Below are positions 51,586-63,614 of a DNA stretch of 64,000 nt, piece by piece. Below the pieces are notes generated by a model. The model was not told the DNA's origin and ran no database searches. It saw nothing but the letters and a program-made list of their open reading frames with translations. The stretch spans positions 1,436,925 to 1,500,924 of the forward strand of contig CM082583.2 in the NCBI GenBank assembly GCA_040954595.2, in the 5' to 3' direction. A program made the translations under genes and the position numbers. How positions within the stretch are numbered: the stretch's first letter is position 1; each line of letters begins with the position of its first letter. Source of the DNA: Balanoglossus misakiensis. Taxonomy: Eukaryota > Animalia > Hemichordata.

Positions 51586-52837
51586 CTTTAATTTATATAC
51601 TTATCAAATTGTAAGCTAACCAATATGGTTAGAAGTCCGATTTGCTTGGACGTGAACCAATATGATCTATCAAAATTTTCTGGTAAAAGTTTGAGTAACT
51701 ATAACGTGTGCTTTCACCTTTTTTCATCATGTTGCTTGGGCCCTGACAATGCTGCTTTATAGCTACTACAGGATTAGATTACTTCCATTTGGCAGTAGCA
51801 TATAAGTGTAATGGTGTAGAAAGTTTATCCTGTTTACTGAAAGAGGAATTGCAAGAGAAACCATGTGTTATAAAAAAAAACTAGAAGATATTAAATAGCC
51901 TTAGTAAACATTTCCCAGAAACATTTCAATGAACAGTTACCATAATGTACTTTACATTAGAGTCAGAGGTGACTAAAAGGCTAATATTGTCATTTGTGAA
52001 ATGTACACAATTGTATTTATATTGTCGGTGAACTGTTTAGCTGTGTTGTCAGTTATGTTGAGCTTATTAGATTGGGTGATTGTCTTATTGGGTGAGTGGT
52101 GTCACTGTCTGTCACTTTTCTTTACTGAAACCACGGGGCCAATTACTTTGAAATTTAGTATGCAGGTTCCTAGGGTGAAGTTGGTAGAGTTTATGTAAAT
52201 TGTGGTGAAATGTGTAATTTTTGATCAATTTTAGTTGTGTTTAGTTAAATTCTTTGTACAATTACTTTGAAATTTAGTGTGTAGGTCCTTGGGGTTGATT
52301 TTACTGGAATTTGCTCAATTTGTGACAGAATGTGGAATATGTTATTTCGGAAGCAATTGCTTGTTTGGTCTTTTTTATTTCATAAACCAGATACTGTGAT
52401 TGTTTTTCTGTTCTTTTTTGTATGTGTGTCTATTTTCACAATTGAAATAAATTAATATAAGGCTATATAAAATAAATTGGTGTTTTATGCTTTTTGTGTA
52501 AGTATGAATGTATGTATGTGTGTAAGAAGATTGATATTTTTTGTATGGTTGATATCAGATATCATATGTCTTATAGTGAGAAAGAAACCACTACACAATC
52601 CCTAGTAGTATTTGTGGTAATATATCTGTTTTGAGAATATAGCCCATTAGTATATTGTAGTCTTTGTACAACTTTTCTTCAAAATGTGTTATATGAACAA
52701 ATAAAATATGGCAAGAAGATGAATTGTTTCGAAGAATGAATCATAATAAACAGTAGAATTTGGTCAATTTTTGTTCAGGCATAAAGAAATAGCTTGTACA
52801 TGAGCTTGCACGACGGTATTTGGTCAATACAGGGCGC

Positions 52838-53021
52838 ATGCATGTATGTATGTATGTATGTATGTATGTATGTATGTATGTATGTATGTATGTATGTATG
52901 TATGTATGTATGTATGTATGTATGCATGCATGTATGTATGTATGTATGTATGTATGTATGTATGTATGCATGTATGCATGTATGTATGTATGTATGTATG
53001 TATGTATGTATGTATGTATGT
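52838..53021. repeat. (TATG)n microsatellite; its flank is an inverted copy of 50900-50965
   Basis: Direct read; GTACCTATCTAACACACAACACACACTGTGTATATTT is the reverse complement of about 50899-50935. Confidence 0.95.
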
Positions 53022-55471
53022 ACCTATCTAACACACAACACACACTGTGTATATTTGTTGGGCATTTTGGTTTTCTACCACATATCTCAGTAGTTTCCAT
53101 GCCATAGTGACTCTTCAGTTTTACATAATGATATCCAATATAACCCAATCTACTATTAATGCGATTTTTTTTTCATTTTGATTGTGGAAATGGTTAAAAA
53201 TGAAAAACATCTGAATTTGTACTTTAATAAATATAAGCTATATAGTATTTTAAAATGGTCATAAATTTATGTTAACATGGCAAAACATGTTTTAGTGTTT
53301 ATGTATACTTGTTTAATATAGAGAAATAATTGTACAAATAAAATGACAACTTACTTTTGCTTTTAAAAATAATTAAAAATGGTAATGTTTCTTGAGATAT
53401 ACCAGGGTTTCTAGAATATAGAGGGCGCTGGCACGGGAACATTTGATGGTTGTCCCCAATACAACATTCTGGTATCATGTTTTATCATCTGTGGACATTT
53501 GGCAGCGATATCCAACAGGATGTGCATAAAATCCCGAGAAGGTCTTCTCGTTGTATTGCTTCTTGAGATATTGAAACTGTCTTGAATCCCAACGCGAATG
53601 TGATGGTGATGCGTATGTTGTTGCACGTAGTCACATCCGAAAACGAATCAAGTGCTCTTGTTGTTCAGCAGCTGAATATAGGTTAGTGGGATATGTGTAT
53701 ATTCTCGTGGTTATTTTTAAATGAGTATAAATGACAGAATCGGTGGTTTGAACGTGTAAGAGTTGATGGTATTGGTTATGTAGTTGTGTTTTATCCAATG
53801 GTAGTGTGATTTTAATTGTGTATGAGGCGATGGCAGTTTTGTCAGGCTTTTTTATTTTCGTGTCGAGCGACATCCAATATGGCGGTTGTCGTTATATACT
53901 GAAGGGGTTTCGTTTGTATGCATGTTTTGGCAAATTGTATATATGTTAAGATGGTGAAGTTTGCTTGAAGGAATAGAAACATCAGAGGCTGGGTACATCG
54001 GAGTTTCTATTTCATTCCATACAAGTTGAAATTAAGCTTATTTTTGGAGTGTATACAGGTACATATGATTATTTAGAAACGGTTTTAGGCAAGCGAATCT
54101 GCTGAATTCGGGCGATCGGTCTTGTATCGTGTGTATGAAACGTACAAGCAGTGGTAGGATATTATTTTGGGATGTGTACTTCAATAGTTTCCATGTCTCT
54201 TATATGTATTTGTCAAAAAATAAACAGTAGTAAAAATGGATTGTATTTTCCATTATTTTTTCTGTTAATATTGTATGTTTACATGACCAAAAGCCTAAAG
54301 GTTTTCATTGGAATTTATATCAGGGTAATCAATTTGTTTTTGATAATTATTTGCTTCAAATATGGAACAATCTGTGTGAGTACATAACAGAAACATTGCT
54401 AGATAATTTGACATTTGAATTGTTCGTAAGAATGTGAGGACAAGCATAGAATTGGCCAAATTATGCTGGTGACCACTCTGTTTAGTGTGTATGCTTTCTA
54501 TAGTCGTGACAGGCATGTTAAAAACATAGACAATGAAATCTGGTTGGAGCATGAAAAGTAGAGTTGACTTGTTAACATATTTTGATGCCATGAAACCATT
54601 TTGTGGACAGGACAATTTATGTGACCAAGAATTGATTTTCTGAATATCACAAGGTTGATAGTGAATTCATTGTAATTTGTTGTCCTGTTTAAGTAGTGGG
54701 GTTATTGTAAAAAAATCATCATTCGCTATCTTGTACTTGGAGTGATGTCATCTCGACATTGATACATTATGGCTATTGAGAGGTGTGTGTTATGCAGGCA
54801 AGTGTATATCTTGATGTACTTGTTTAAATACACAATTATACTTAATGGTTTAATTTAAAAGTTTTGTTTATTTTCTTGACAGTTTTGGCTACCAAAGAGT
54901 TCTCAAGGTGAGTGTTGGTGTACATCAGTGCAAAGTATCATGTACAAACTAAGAGATCAACACACTCAAATGTGTATTGTGTCGTGTACGAATTAGTTTC
55001 GTAAATCATTTGTTGATAACGTGTTTAGTTTTGTGGTAAGTGACACTGAGGTTTCAGATCGGATAGGATGATTGTCCAGTGCCATGCATTGTGTGTTAAC
55101 ATGTGAAAGCACTAGCCTAATTTGTTTGAAATTTGGTATTCAGGGATGATGTAAGAAAAAATAATTTTAACAGTTCATAGAATCAGTGTTTATTAATACT
55201 TCAAAAAGGTATGTGACTTGAATGTGTGCAGTACATCATTGTGCTATGTGGTGTTAACACCATTGAATAGTGCCTTTACTTACAGCAATCTTACAGCAAT
55301 GGCTTCAGTAAAACATTGAGTATGATTTGTGTGATTCCTGATACCCCTGTCTTGTCATTTGTGATGTTTTACTGTGTACTTTTTGAAATAAAGAAACTGG
55401 TGTGTTAGTTGAATATGTCAGTGAGTGAATGTGCAATTGGACAGTGTGTTGGCAGTTAGTGGAGATAAAAA

Positions 55472-55544
55472 ATCCTCATGGTGTAATGGTTAACAGACTT
55501 GTCACTTTGTGATAAGAGATCCAGGTTCGATTCCTGGTGGGGAT
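55472..55544 (+). pseudogene. tRNA-Gln(TTG)-derived sequence, right arm
   Basis: ATCCTCATGGTGTAATGGTTAACAGACTTGTCACTTTGTGATAAGAGATCCAGGTTCGATTCCTGGTGGGGAT. Confidence 0.65.
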
Positions 55545-55710
55545 GATGAAAAAAAGAGTCCATTAGCTGTGTGCTTGAGTATGAGTGTAATATATGTATG
55601 TACGTATTTATGCATGTATGTAGCCAGCAAACACACAAAACATATTGTGTATATTCAATTCCATACAGTGTTTGATAATAAATATGTTGCTGTTTTACAA
55701 TTTGGCATTC

Positions 55711-58520
55711 ACTGCTGATAATTAGGTTTCCATAGATACAAGCGGAATGCAATAGAAGAGGGATAACCATATACATGTATAGAAAAGGTAGGTTACCCCT
55801 TCCCCTATCATCCAAATACTACCACAGAGGGTGCTATACTATATGACCATCAACTGAGTATGATTCAAATACTCTGTGCACAGTGGGTAAATACACATTT
55901 GTTTTTTTTAGGAGACTTTCATCAGTTGCAGTAAAATACAACGTGACTACACTATATACACCAATGAGAATGGCCATGTAATTCAGAGAGTGCTTGATAT
56001 TAAAACTGTTTCATAGTTGTGGCCTTTACTGCTGATAATTAGGTTACCATAGATACAAGCCCAATGCAACATGACAGGGATAAACATATGCAAAGACAAG
56101 ATTAAACCCCACCTCCATAATCAAAATACTACCGCAGAGGGCGCTATACTATATGACCATCAACTGAGTATCATTCAAATACTCTGTGCACAGTGGGTAA
56201 AGACACATTTGTTTTTTTAGGAGACTTTCATCAGTTGCAGTAAAATACAACGTGACTACACTATATACACCAATGAGAATGGCCGTGTAATTCAGAGAGT
56301 GCTTGATATTAAAACTGTTTCATAGTTGTGGCCTTTACTGCTGATAATTAGGTTACCATAGATACAAGCCCTATGCAACAGGACAGGGATAAACATATGC
56401 AAAGGCAAGATTAAACCCCACCTCTGTAATCAAAATAATAATAATAATAATAATTTATTTGTATAGTGTCAGTATCCACAAAAATGTGATCAATGACGCT
56501 TAAAGCAAAAGTACAATACAACAAATGGCTAAAAAACAGATTTAAAAAGTAAAGTTTTAACATTTGATTTAAAAACAGATAAGTCTGGTGCCTGGCGAAT
56601 GGTGAGTGGAAGATTATTCCAAAGAATTGGAGCAGCAACAGTAAAAGCACGATCACCATAACTCTTGGTGCGTGATCGAACAAGGCAGAGTTTGAACTGA
56701 TCAGCTGACCTTAAATTGCGACACGGAACATATAGATTAGTCATGCTAGAAAGATAGATTGGACCAAGTTTATGAATGGATTTAAAAATGAGAACTAACA
56801 TCTTAAAAACAATACGCTGTGTAACAGGTAGCCAGTGCAACTGATACAAAATTGGAGTGATGTGACAGGTGATTTTTGAATGAGTAACAATTCTAGCAGC
56901 AATATTCTGAACGCGTTGGATACGGTTGATTGAATACTTCGGGAGCCCAAATAAAAGTGAATTACATGAATCAATTCGAGAAGTAATGAATGCATGAACT
57001 AATTGCTCTGTAGCAGAATGAGATAAATATTTGCGGATAAGCGCAATGCGACATAAATGAAAAGTGGCAGAGCGGCAGATCTGTCCAATATGTGGCTTCA
57101 TTGTCAGACAAGAGTCAAGGATCACACCAAGGCTCTTAGCCTGACAATGGACAGGAATCAGAGAATCGCCAACACGAATTTCTGAAATCCCTCTAGCAGA
57201 CAGATCACCTGAAATACCAAAGAAAATAACAAATTCAGTCTTATCATCGTATAAGCACAAGAAGTTTTCAGACATCCAAAACCTAACATCGGATATACAA
57301 AGTTCAAGATTTGAAACAGTTCTTGCTGCGTTGTCTTTACTAAAAGACATATAAAGTGAAGAGTCATCTGCATAAAAACTATAAAGACAACCATGACTTT
57401 GAACTAATTCACCAAATGGAGACGGGTACATATTGAAAAGTATGGGACCAAGAACTGATCCCTGTGGTACCCCAGTGTCGAGCCGATAGAAAGGTGATTG
57501 GGTGGAATTTACAAGTACACACTGACTACGATTGGAAAGGTATGACTTAAACCACATGAGAACAGTATCTGAGAGACCAAAATACTACCACAGACGGTGC
57601 TATACTATATGACCATCAACTGAGTATCATTCAAATACTCTGTGCACAGTGGGTAAACACACATTTGGTTTTTAGGAGACTTTCATCAGTTGTAGTAAAA
57701 TACAACGTGACTACACTATATACACCAATGAGAATGGCCATGTAATTCAGAGAGTGCTTGATATTAAAACTGTTTCATAGTTGTGGCCTTTACTGCTGAT
57801 AATTAGGTTACCATAGATACAAGCCCAATGCAACATGACAGGGATAAACATATGCAAAGACAAGATTAAACCCCACCTCCATAATCAAAATACTACCACA
57901 GAGGGCGCTATACTATATGACCATCAACTGAGTATCATTCAAATACTCTGTGCACAGTGGGTAAAGACACATTTGGTTTTTTAGGAGACTTTCATCAGTT
58001 GCAGTAAAATACAACGTGACTACACTATATACACCAATGAGAATGGCCGTGTAATTCAGAGAGTGCTTGATATTAAAACTGTTTCATAGTTGTGGCCTTT
58101 ACTGCTGATAATTAGGTTACCATAGATACAAGCCCAATGCAACATGACAGGGATAAACATATGCAAAGACAAGATTAAACCCCACCTCCATAATCAAAAT
58201 ACTACCACAGAGGGCGCTATACTATATGACCATCAACTGAGTATCATTCAAATACTCTGTGCACAGTGGGTAAAGACACATTTGGTTTTTTAGGAGACTT
58301 TCATCAGTTGTAGTAAAATACAACGTGACTACACTATATGCACCAATGAGAATGGCCGTGTAATTCAGAGTGCTTGATATTAAAACTGTTTCAAAGCTGT
58401 GGCCTTTACTGCTGATAATTAGGTTACCATAGATACAAGTGGAATGGAACCGGACAGGGATAAACATACAAAGGCTAGGTTAACCCCCCCCCCCAAATAC
58501 TACCACAGAGGGCGCTATAC
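55711..58520. repeat. Tandem satellite of about 309 bp, 5-6 units, interrupted by a LINE
   Basis: ACTGCTGATAATTAGGTT recurs at about 55711, 56028, 56337, 57792, 58101 and 58408. Confidence 0.9.
56438..57577 (-). mobile_element. 5'-truncated L2/CR1-group LINE (RT C-terminal part; open frame 56529-57557)
   Basis: WFKSYLSNRSQ, GVPQGSVLGPILF, YADD, SRIDSCNSLLFGLP, HITPILYQLHWLP, RAFTVAAPILWNNLP; AATAAA plus (TTA)n tail; CAAAATA duplicated at 56431-56437 and 57578-57584. Confidence 0.92.
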
Positions 58521-59985
58521 TGATCATCAAGTCAGTACCATTGAAATAAATCTGTGCAGAGTGGGTAAATTAGGCATTTGGTTCTTCAGATTTTCATAAG
58601 TTGCACTAAAATGCTATGTGGCCCACTACAAGGACAAATAAGTCAAAAATGGCAAATTTGACGTTTACTTTGAGGTTGGCATGGGGCAAACGAGACAATA
58701 CAAGAACACTGAAACTCAATTAGTGAAACACTAAAGTTGTACTTTATTTCTCTAACAAACTTAGAGAAAATTTACATGGCCATCTTTTTACTCAGAGACC
58801 TGATGTTGAATAGAAATGTGGTAGTGCAGGTCCACATGAGGGCCGTGTACTAGCCTCTCTCTCTGCAAATCCATCCACAACTTGCATGCAGATAGTGGGA
58901 GTCTGATGTAAGCAACTACTGCAGTTACAGTCATGACGTAAGTGGGATAATTAAACAGCAGGGGATCATGCAATGCAAACACTTGAACTGGCCAGTAACG
59001 TTTGAATTGCTCATTTGCATACAGTTTTTCAACTTTTTTCACAACGAAAGTTAAGCAACTAGCAACCCATTTCTGACAATTATTTCACCCCAGGCACATT
59101 ACTGGTACTATGAGTGTACTACATGTGATTTTTCATGAAGTTTTATCGAGAAGAATTTCTTTACTTCCACTGACAAAATTGTGATCACGAAATTCAAAGT
59201 GACCTTGAAGTTACAAAAAAAAAAAATATCAGCCATACCCACACAAAAATTAACCCCCTCAGGTTTTAGAAACATTATTAAACTCCTCTATTCATAATTT
59301 TGACATGAATATATCCATGCCGAGAGTCAAGGACCACAATTTACTGTGCCATAGGTCAGTCCTGAGAAGTCAGTCAGCGTGAATAGTGTATAGACTCAGT
59401 ATGTAATATGCTAATGAGAGATAACGACGCGTTGAAAAGGAAGCCATTACGTCATGGGTTAACATGCGTTGACCTACTTCAATGCATACACATATGGCAA
59501 ACACGGCTGTACTCGTCGATGGCGAAGGCAATTTTTACACCGTCATTACTCCACAACGGAGCGGCTCACACTATTATAATTTCACGGTAACTTAGTTCAA
59601 TATCTTCCTAACCTACCCAATTTTTTTCAAGACAAGAAATCTTTGCCGAGAGTCAAGGACCACAATTTAAACCAACATACCGAAACTGTCTTTCTCGGGA
59701 AAGCGTCGTTAAAACTTCACGAAAAATCATCCTATCATTGACTATGGTGTTTCATACACGTCTTAGAAAAATGGGTGCACTACGATCACTTGTAGTACCG
59801 AAAATCTCCGTTTGAAAATTTTTCGAACTGGCCGTAACTGCCACTCAGCGACTTTCACATTCAAATAGATCTCTTTGATCTCACCGCCGTAATTACCCCA
59901 CTTACGTCCTGACTGGTTAATACTTACAAAGTGTATTACCTCCAACACCCCATGGACGGTATCATGTCATCACCAGTAGCTATAG

Positions 59986-60064
59986 GTTCTTTTAACACCT
60001 TGAGAGAAAAAAATGGATTGTTACTGATAGATTACAAAGCACTGACAATACAAGAGGGGGAGGG
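59986..60064 (+). pseudogene. Probable exon D of the OB-fold gene; second copy at about 49737-49800
   Basis: tatag acceptor and gtaagg donor; VLLTP*EKKWIVT..ALTIQEGE, decayed. Confidence 0.35.
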
Positions 60065-60174
60065 GTAAGGTTTGTTGAGAGCAGTTGTTTTTTGCTAAAC
60101 ATTAGTGAAAATATGAAATTATTGACATGTAGGATTTCAATTTTATGATGTAAGAGTATTTTATAATATCTCAC

Positions 60175-60346
60175 CGGGACTTCAGTTGTCGCTGTAGTAT
60201 TTAACCCAAGTTTAACTGTGCCACCCACGTCCATGCATGGCAAGGTTTTCTCTCCCAAAAGTTTCAGTTTGGTATCCCAGTTACCATCAGTTGCACTTAC
60301 TCAACGCCTTCTAAGTTGAATGCGATTTACCATCACAGGATTCATA
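60175..60346 (-). pseudogene. OB-fold exon C, right arm
   Basis: cacag acceptor and gtgaga donor intact; TDGNWDTKLKLLGEKTLPCMDVGGTVKLGLNTTATTEVP. Confidence 0.55.
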
Positions 60347-60827
60347 CTGTGGTGCAAAGACAATTAAAAACATCGATTGTAAGTCATTTAGTAGTGATAC
60401 CATTGTGACCAAACCTCGTTTTAAAATACATGTAATCTGTACTCGAAACTATCATTTTTTTCTTTCTAGAATATTAGAACGCGCTCAAAAATAAAAATGC
60501 GACCTGTAAGCGAGTGCCGCGTTTCAATTGGTACTGACGATAAACACCGCCACTCGGAGATAAAATCAACGTTTTTTTTTTAATGCAAGTGAACGCATGG
60601 AGGCGGCCATATTGAATTTAGGTTACATCCCAAGACATTCCGACTGGGCTTCAGGTGGATTCGGGAAAGGTCTCTAAAACATAATCGGTCATCCAATTTT
60701 GTATACTAAATTTCTAAAAATGTAGGACATGGGAGGTTAACATACCCACAATGACTACACACAAAAAAGGGCCCAGGCGTTTCGGGGTGCGATTGTTACG
60801 TACCTTAGCTCCATCATCTGCAACCAT

Positions 60828-61636
60828 TCAGCCAAGGCGTGGCAGTGAAATTGTGCCTCATTGAGGATACAGTCTAGATCCGGAATTCAGCCAACGGCAA
60901 ACTAATTAGCGTGCCTTGTATGCAGCAGGATGGCAACGTTCTGGAACTTAAATTCTGGAAAGAAAATCCGAAATAGCTGAACAGATAACAGAAGAGAGAA
61001 TACATACAGCTCCGCAACTTTTCCACTGGAAGATATAATACCATTTGCCTCTATGATAGAGCAAAGGTATGTTATAATCGCACCCCGAAACTTATGGGCC
61101 TTTTTTTTGCCGTAGTCATTTCGGGTATCTTAACCTCCCATCTTCTACATTTTTAGAAATTTACTCTACAAAATTGAATGACCCATTACATTTTAGAGAC
61201 CTTTCCCGAATTCAACCGAAGCCTAATCGGAAGGTCTTCGGATGTAATCCAATATGGCAGCCTCCATGCGATCACGTACATTGAAAATCCATTGATTTCA
61301 TCGCCGATTACCGATGTTTATCGTCAATACCGATTCAAACGCGGCACTCGTTTACAAGTCGCATTTATTTTTGATCGCGTTCCAATATTTTAAACAAACT
61401 AGATTACTGATAAAAATGCTCAAAATTTTTACTCCAAATGCCACCTTTACGGATTCAGTCACACAACTTACAGACTACGCCAAACTTTTTTCCAGATCAT
61501 ACCTTGCGGGCGAAAAGCGATGGATATACCTGAAAAATTGGTAACAGAATTTTATCATCCGCCACAAATAATGATATCAGAAGTCGAGATATCTCCACAG
61601 AAGAAGAGGGTGTGCGTTGTAGGAAAAGTCCATGAT
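60828..61636 (+). pseudogene. OB-fold gene exons A (about 60828-61066) and B (61496-61636), right arm
   Basis: ...TICLYDRAK|gtatgt ... ttttttccag|IIPCGRKAMDIPEKLVTEFYHPPQIMISEVEISPQKKRVCVVGKVHD|gtgagt; phase 0 joins. Exon A has three in-frame stops in this copy. Confidence 0.65.
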
Positions 61637-63614
61637 GTGAGTACTGTCAAATGTTGCACAAATAGCCGTTAAACCTGAAATATAGATTGAAAGTGGATAT
61701 TGTTTTACACAATTTTTGAACATTGAAGTAAAGTATTAGAATGATGGAATCCGATAAAAAAAGTGAGTTGGTAATTTCGGCATCCGACTTCGTTATTAAA
61801 AATGGAAAGGTTTGCGATTCGGTTCAAGTAGTATTTGCAAGTTTGAAAGGAAATATTTCATTGAAGTACAGTGGCAACTACTGCATTATTGAGAATCTTT
61901 GAAATGTTGATGAACGGAGACTTATAATAGAATAAATGAAAACCTACCTTTAACGGTGTTAGGGTTACTACACCTGACAGACCGCTGGTCTGCGTCCGAC
62001 CGATTCTGAGCTCCTAGCTCTTGTGGAGACATGCGGAGGTACAGCGGGTTAACGGTTAGGAAGTGTTGATGAAAGGAATGATTAATTACATAGGCCAATC
62101 AGGATCCTGGAGTTAGATATTCGAGTGAAATGGTGGAAAAACGGGAATGCCGATTGGTTCAATTTAACCGGAGGGAAATTGCTACATTATATGACGTCAG
62201 TTGCGAACGATAATGCATATATTAAGCTAAGGTTGAATCCGGTTTTTCCATCAAGCACAAGCATATTTCAGTCATAAAAAAAACGAAGAGAATAACACTA
62301 AAAAAATATTTCCTTTTTAAAAACTTCACTATAGCATTATTATAATGATGTACGTCGTACATAAAATGATACACGTGACATCGACTTGTTCAGAGTTTTA
62401 AAACAGGTAGAGAGTGCCCATGGGTAACCCGAAAACACACAAACCGGGTAAAAAATGAAAGTCCTGCGAAGGCCAGGAGTATACACTGAAAAATTACAAT
62501 AAATCTAGTACAAAAGTTTGTATCCTCACGAATAATTAACTCTGATTGCATAAGTTTATTTCCGTCTCATTACCTTCTGAAAGCAAATCACTCACTTGCC
62601 GGTAAAAATTGAGTAAAATACTACATCTAAACTGCATAGCGATGGCGGCCCATAAAAATAATTGCCCAGTGTCCCACTCGCAATGCACAACTTTTTAGGC
62701 CAAGTGCTAATGATATTCGAATTTTCGAAGGTTACGCAATATACACATACATGTATAAATATTAATTTATGAACAATTTCCAGTGTTCACGCTGGGATTT
62801 CTTTCGTTCTAGTTTACTCGTTATATAATGTACCAATTCCCTCCGGTAAGTTGAGCCGATTCCCATCACTTTGAGCCAATCGATATTCATGGTTTTTCAG
62901 CATTTCAGTCGACTATATTTACACCTGTTGCATGTCTTTGCAGTTTTTGACTTGACGCTTACAACCGAGTCGCACCGCACGCAGTACTATCTTGTTGTCT
63001 TCATGTTTAGTTGTTGTTTTGCGCACACTATTTGCACAAAAATATCTGCTCGTTTTGTTATCAACGATCGAGTATATGTTAGGAAGTCCGACATAGAGAA
63101 CTTTGTTCTAAATATTCAATGCCCCACAAATGATATACTAGACTGCTCGACACAACACACCCCAGCCATACTCCATTAGTACACGCCACAAACACCGTAT
63201 TTATACAGCCTGAGGGATTTCAGCTTCGAACTTATTGCCCAATCATATTCGACTATTTCCAACCAATCCCCTTCTGACTAATTGACCAATCACACGCTTC
63301 GAGCATAATTTCCAAAAAGGGAAAACTAACGAATTTGCTACATCTTTCCGGTTTCATCTTCAACAGTTTCTAACATTCTTTTGGACCCCCCCCCCCCTCG
63401 ATAAACACCCATACTCAAAGGGTAACTTCATTTAATTGTCAGTAAATAAAATCAATTCACAGTCTTATTACATGTACTATTTATAATATACTCAAATTTC
63501 CACTACAAAATATCTGTATATGTGCGTTAAATTCTGAAATCTTTCCACCCAAACCTCTAGTTATGCAAATTTAAATTGCTGTCTGTTGCGTTCGCCTACG
63601 GTTTCTCATTTTCG

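Larger units (their letters stand above)
47881..62048. mobile_element. Giant imperfect palindrome (arms about 47881-51160 and 55375-62048) carrying OB-fold gene fragments
   Basis: Reverse-complement blocks: 47881-48265 with 61665-62048; 48281-49150 with 60165-61066; 49895-50330 with 58400-58812; 50860-51160 with 55375-55700. Confidence 0.85.

Noticed and set aside
52741-53148. (YIHT)n and (MYVC)n ORFs
   Set aside because: (TATG)n microsatellite.
55472-55544. Functional tRNA gene (also 51000-51072)
   Set aside because: The anticodon arm does not form a canonical 5-bp stem with a 7-nt loop; treated as tRNA-derived.
60597-60825. First exon MEAAILNL spliced to an acceptor at 60808 (APSSAT...)
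   Set aside because: Phase fits, but this stretch is better explained as the reverse complement of a paralogous exon end and intron.
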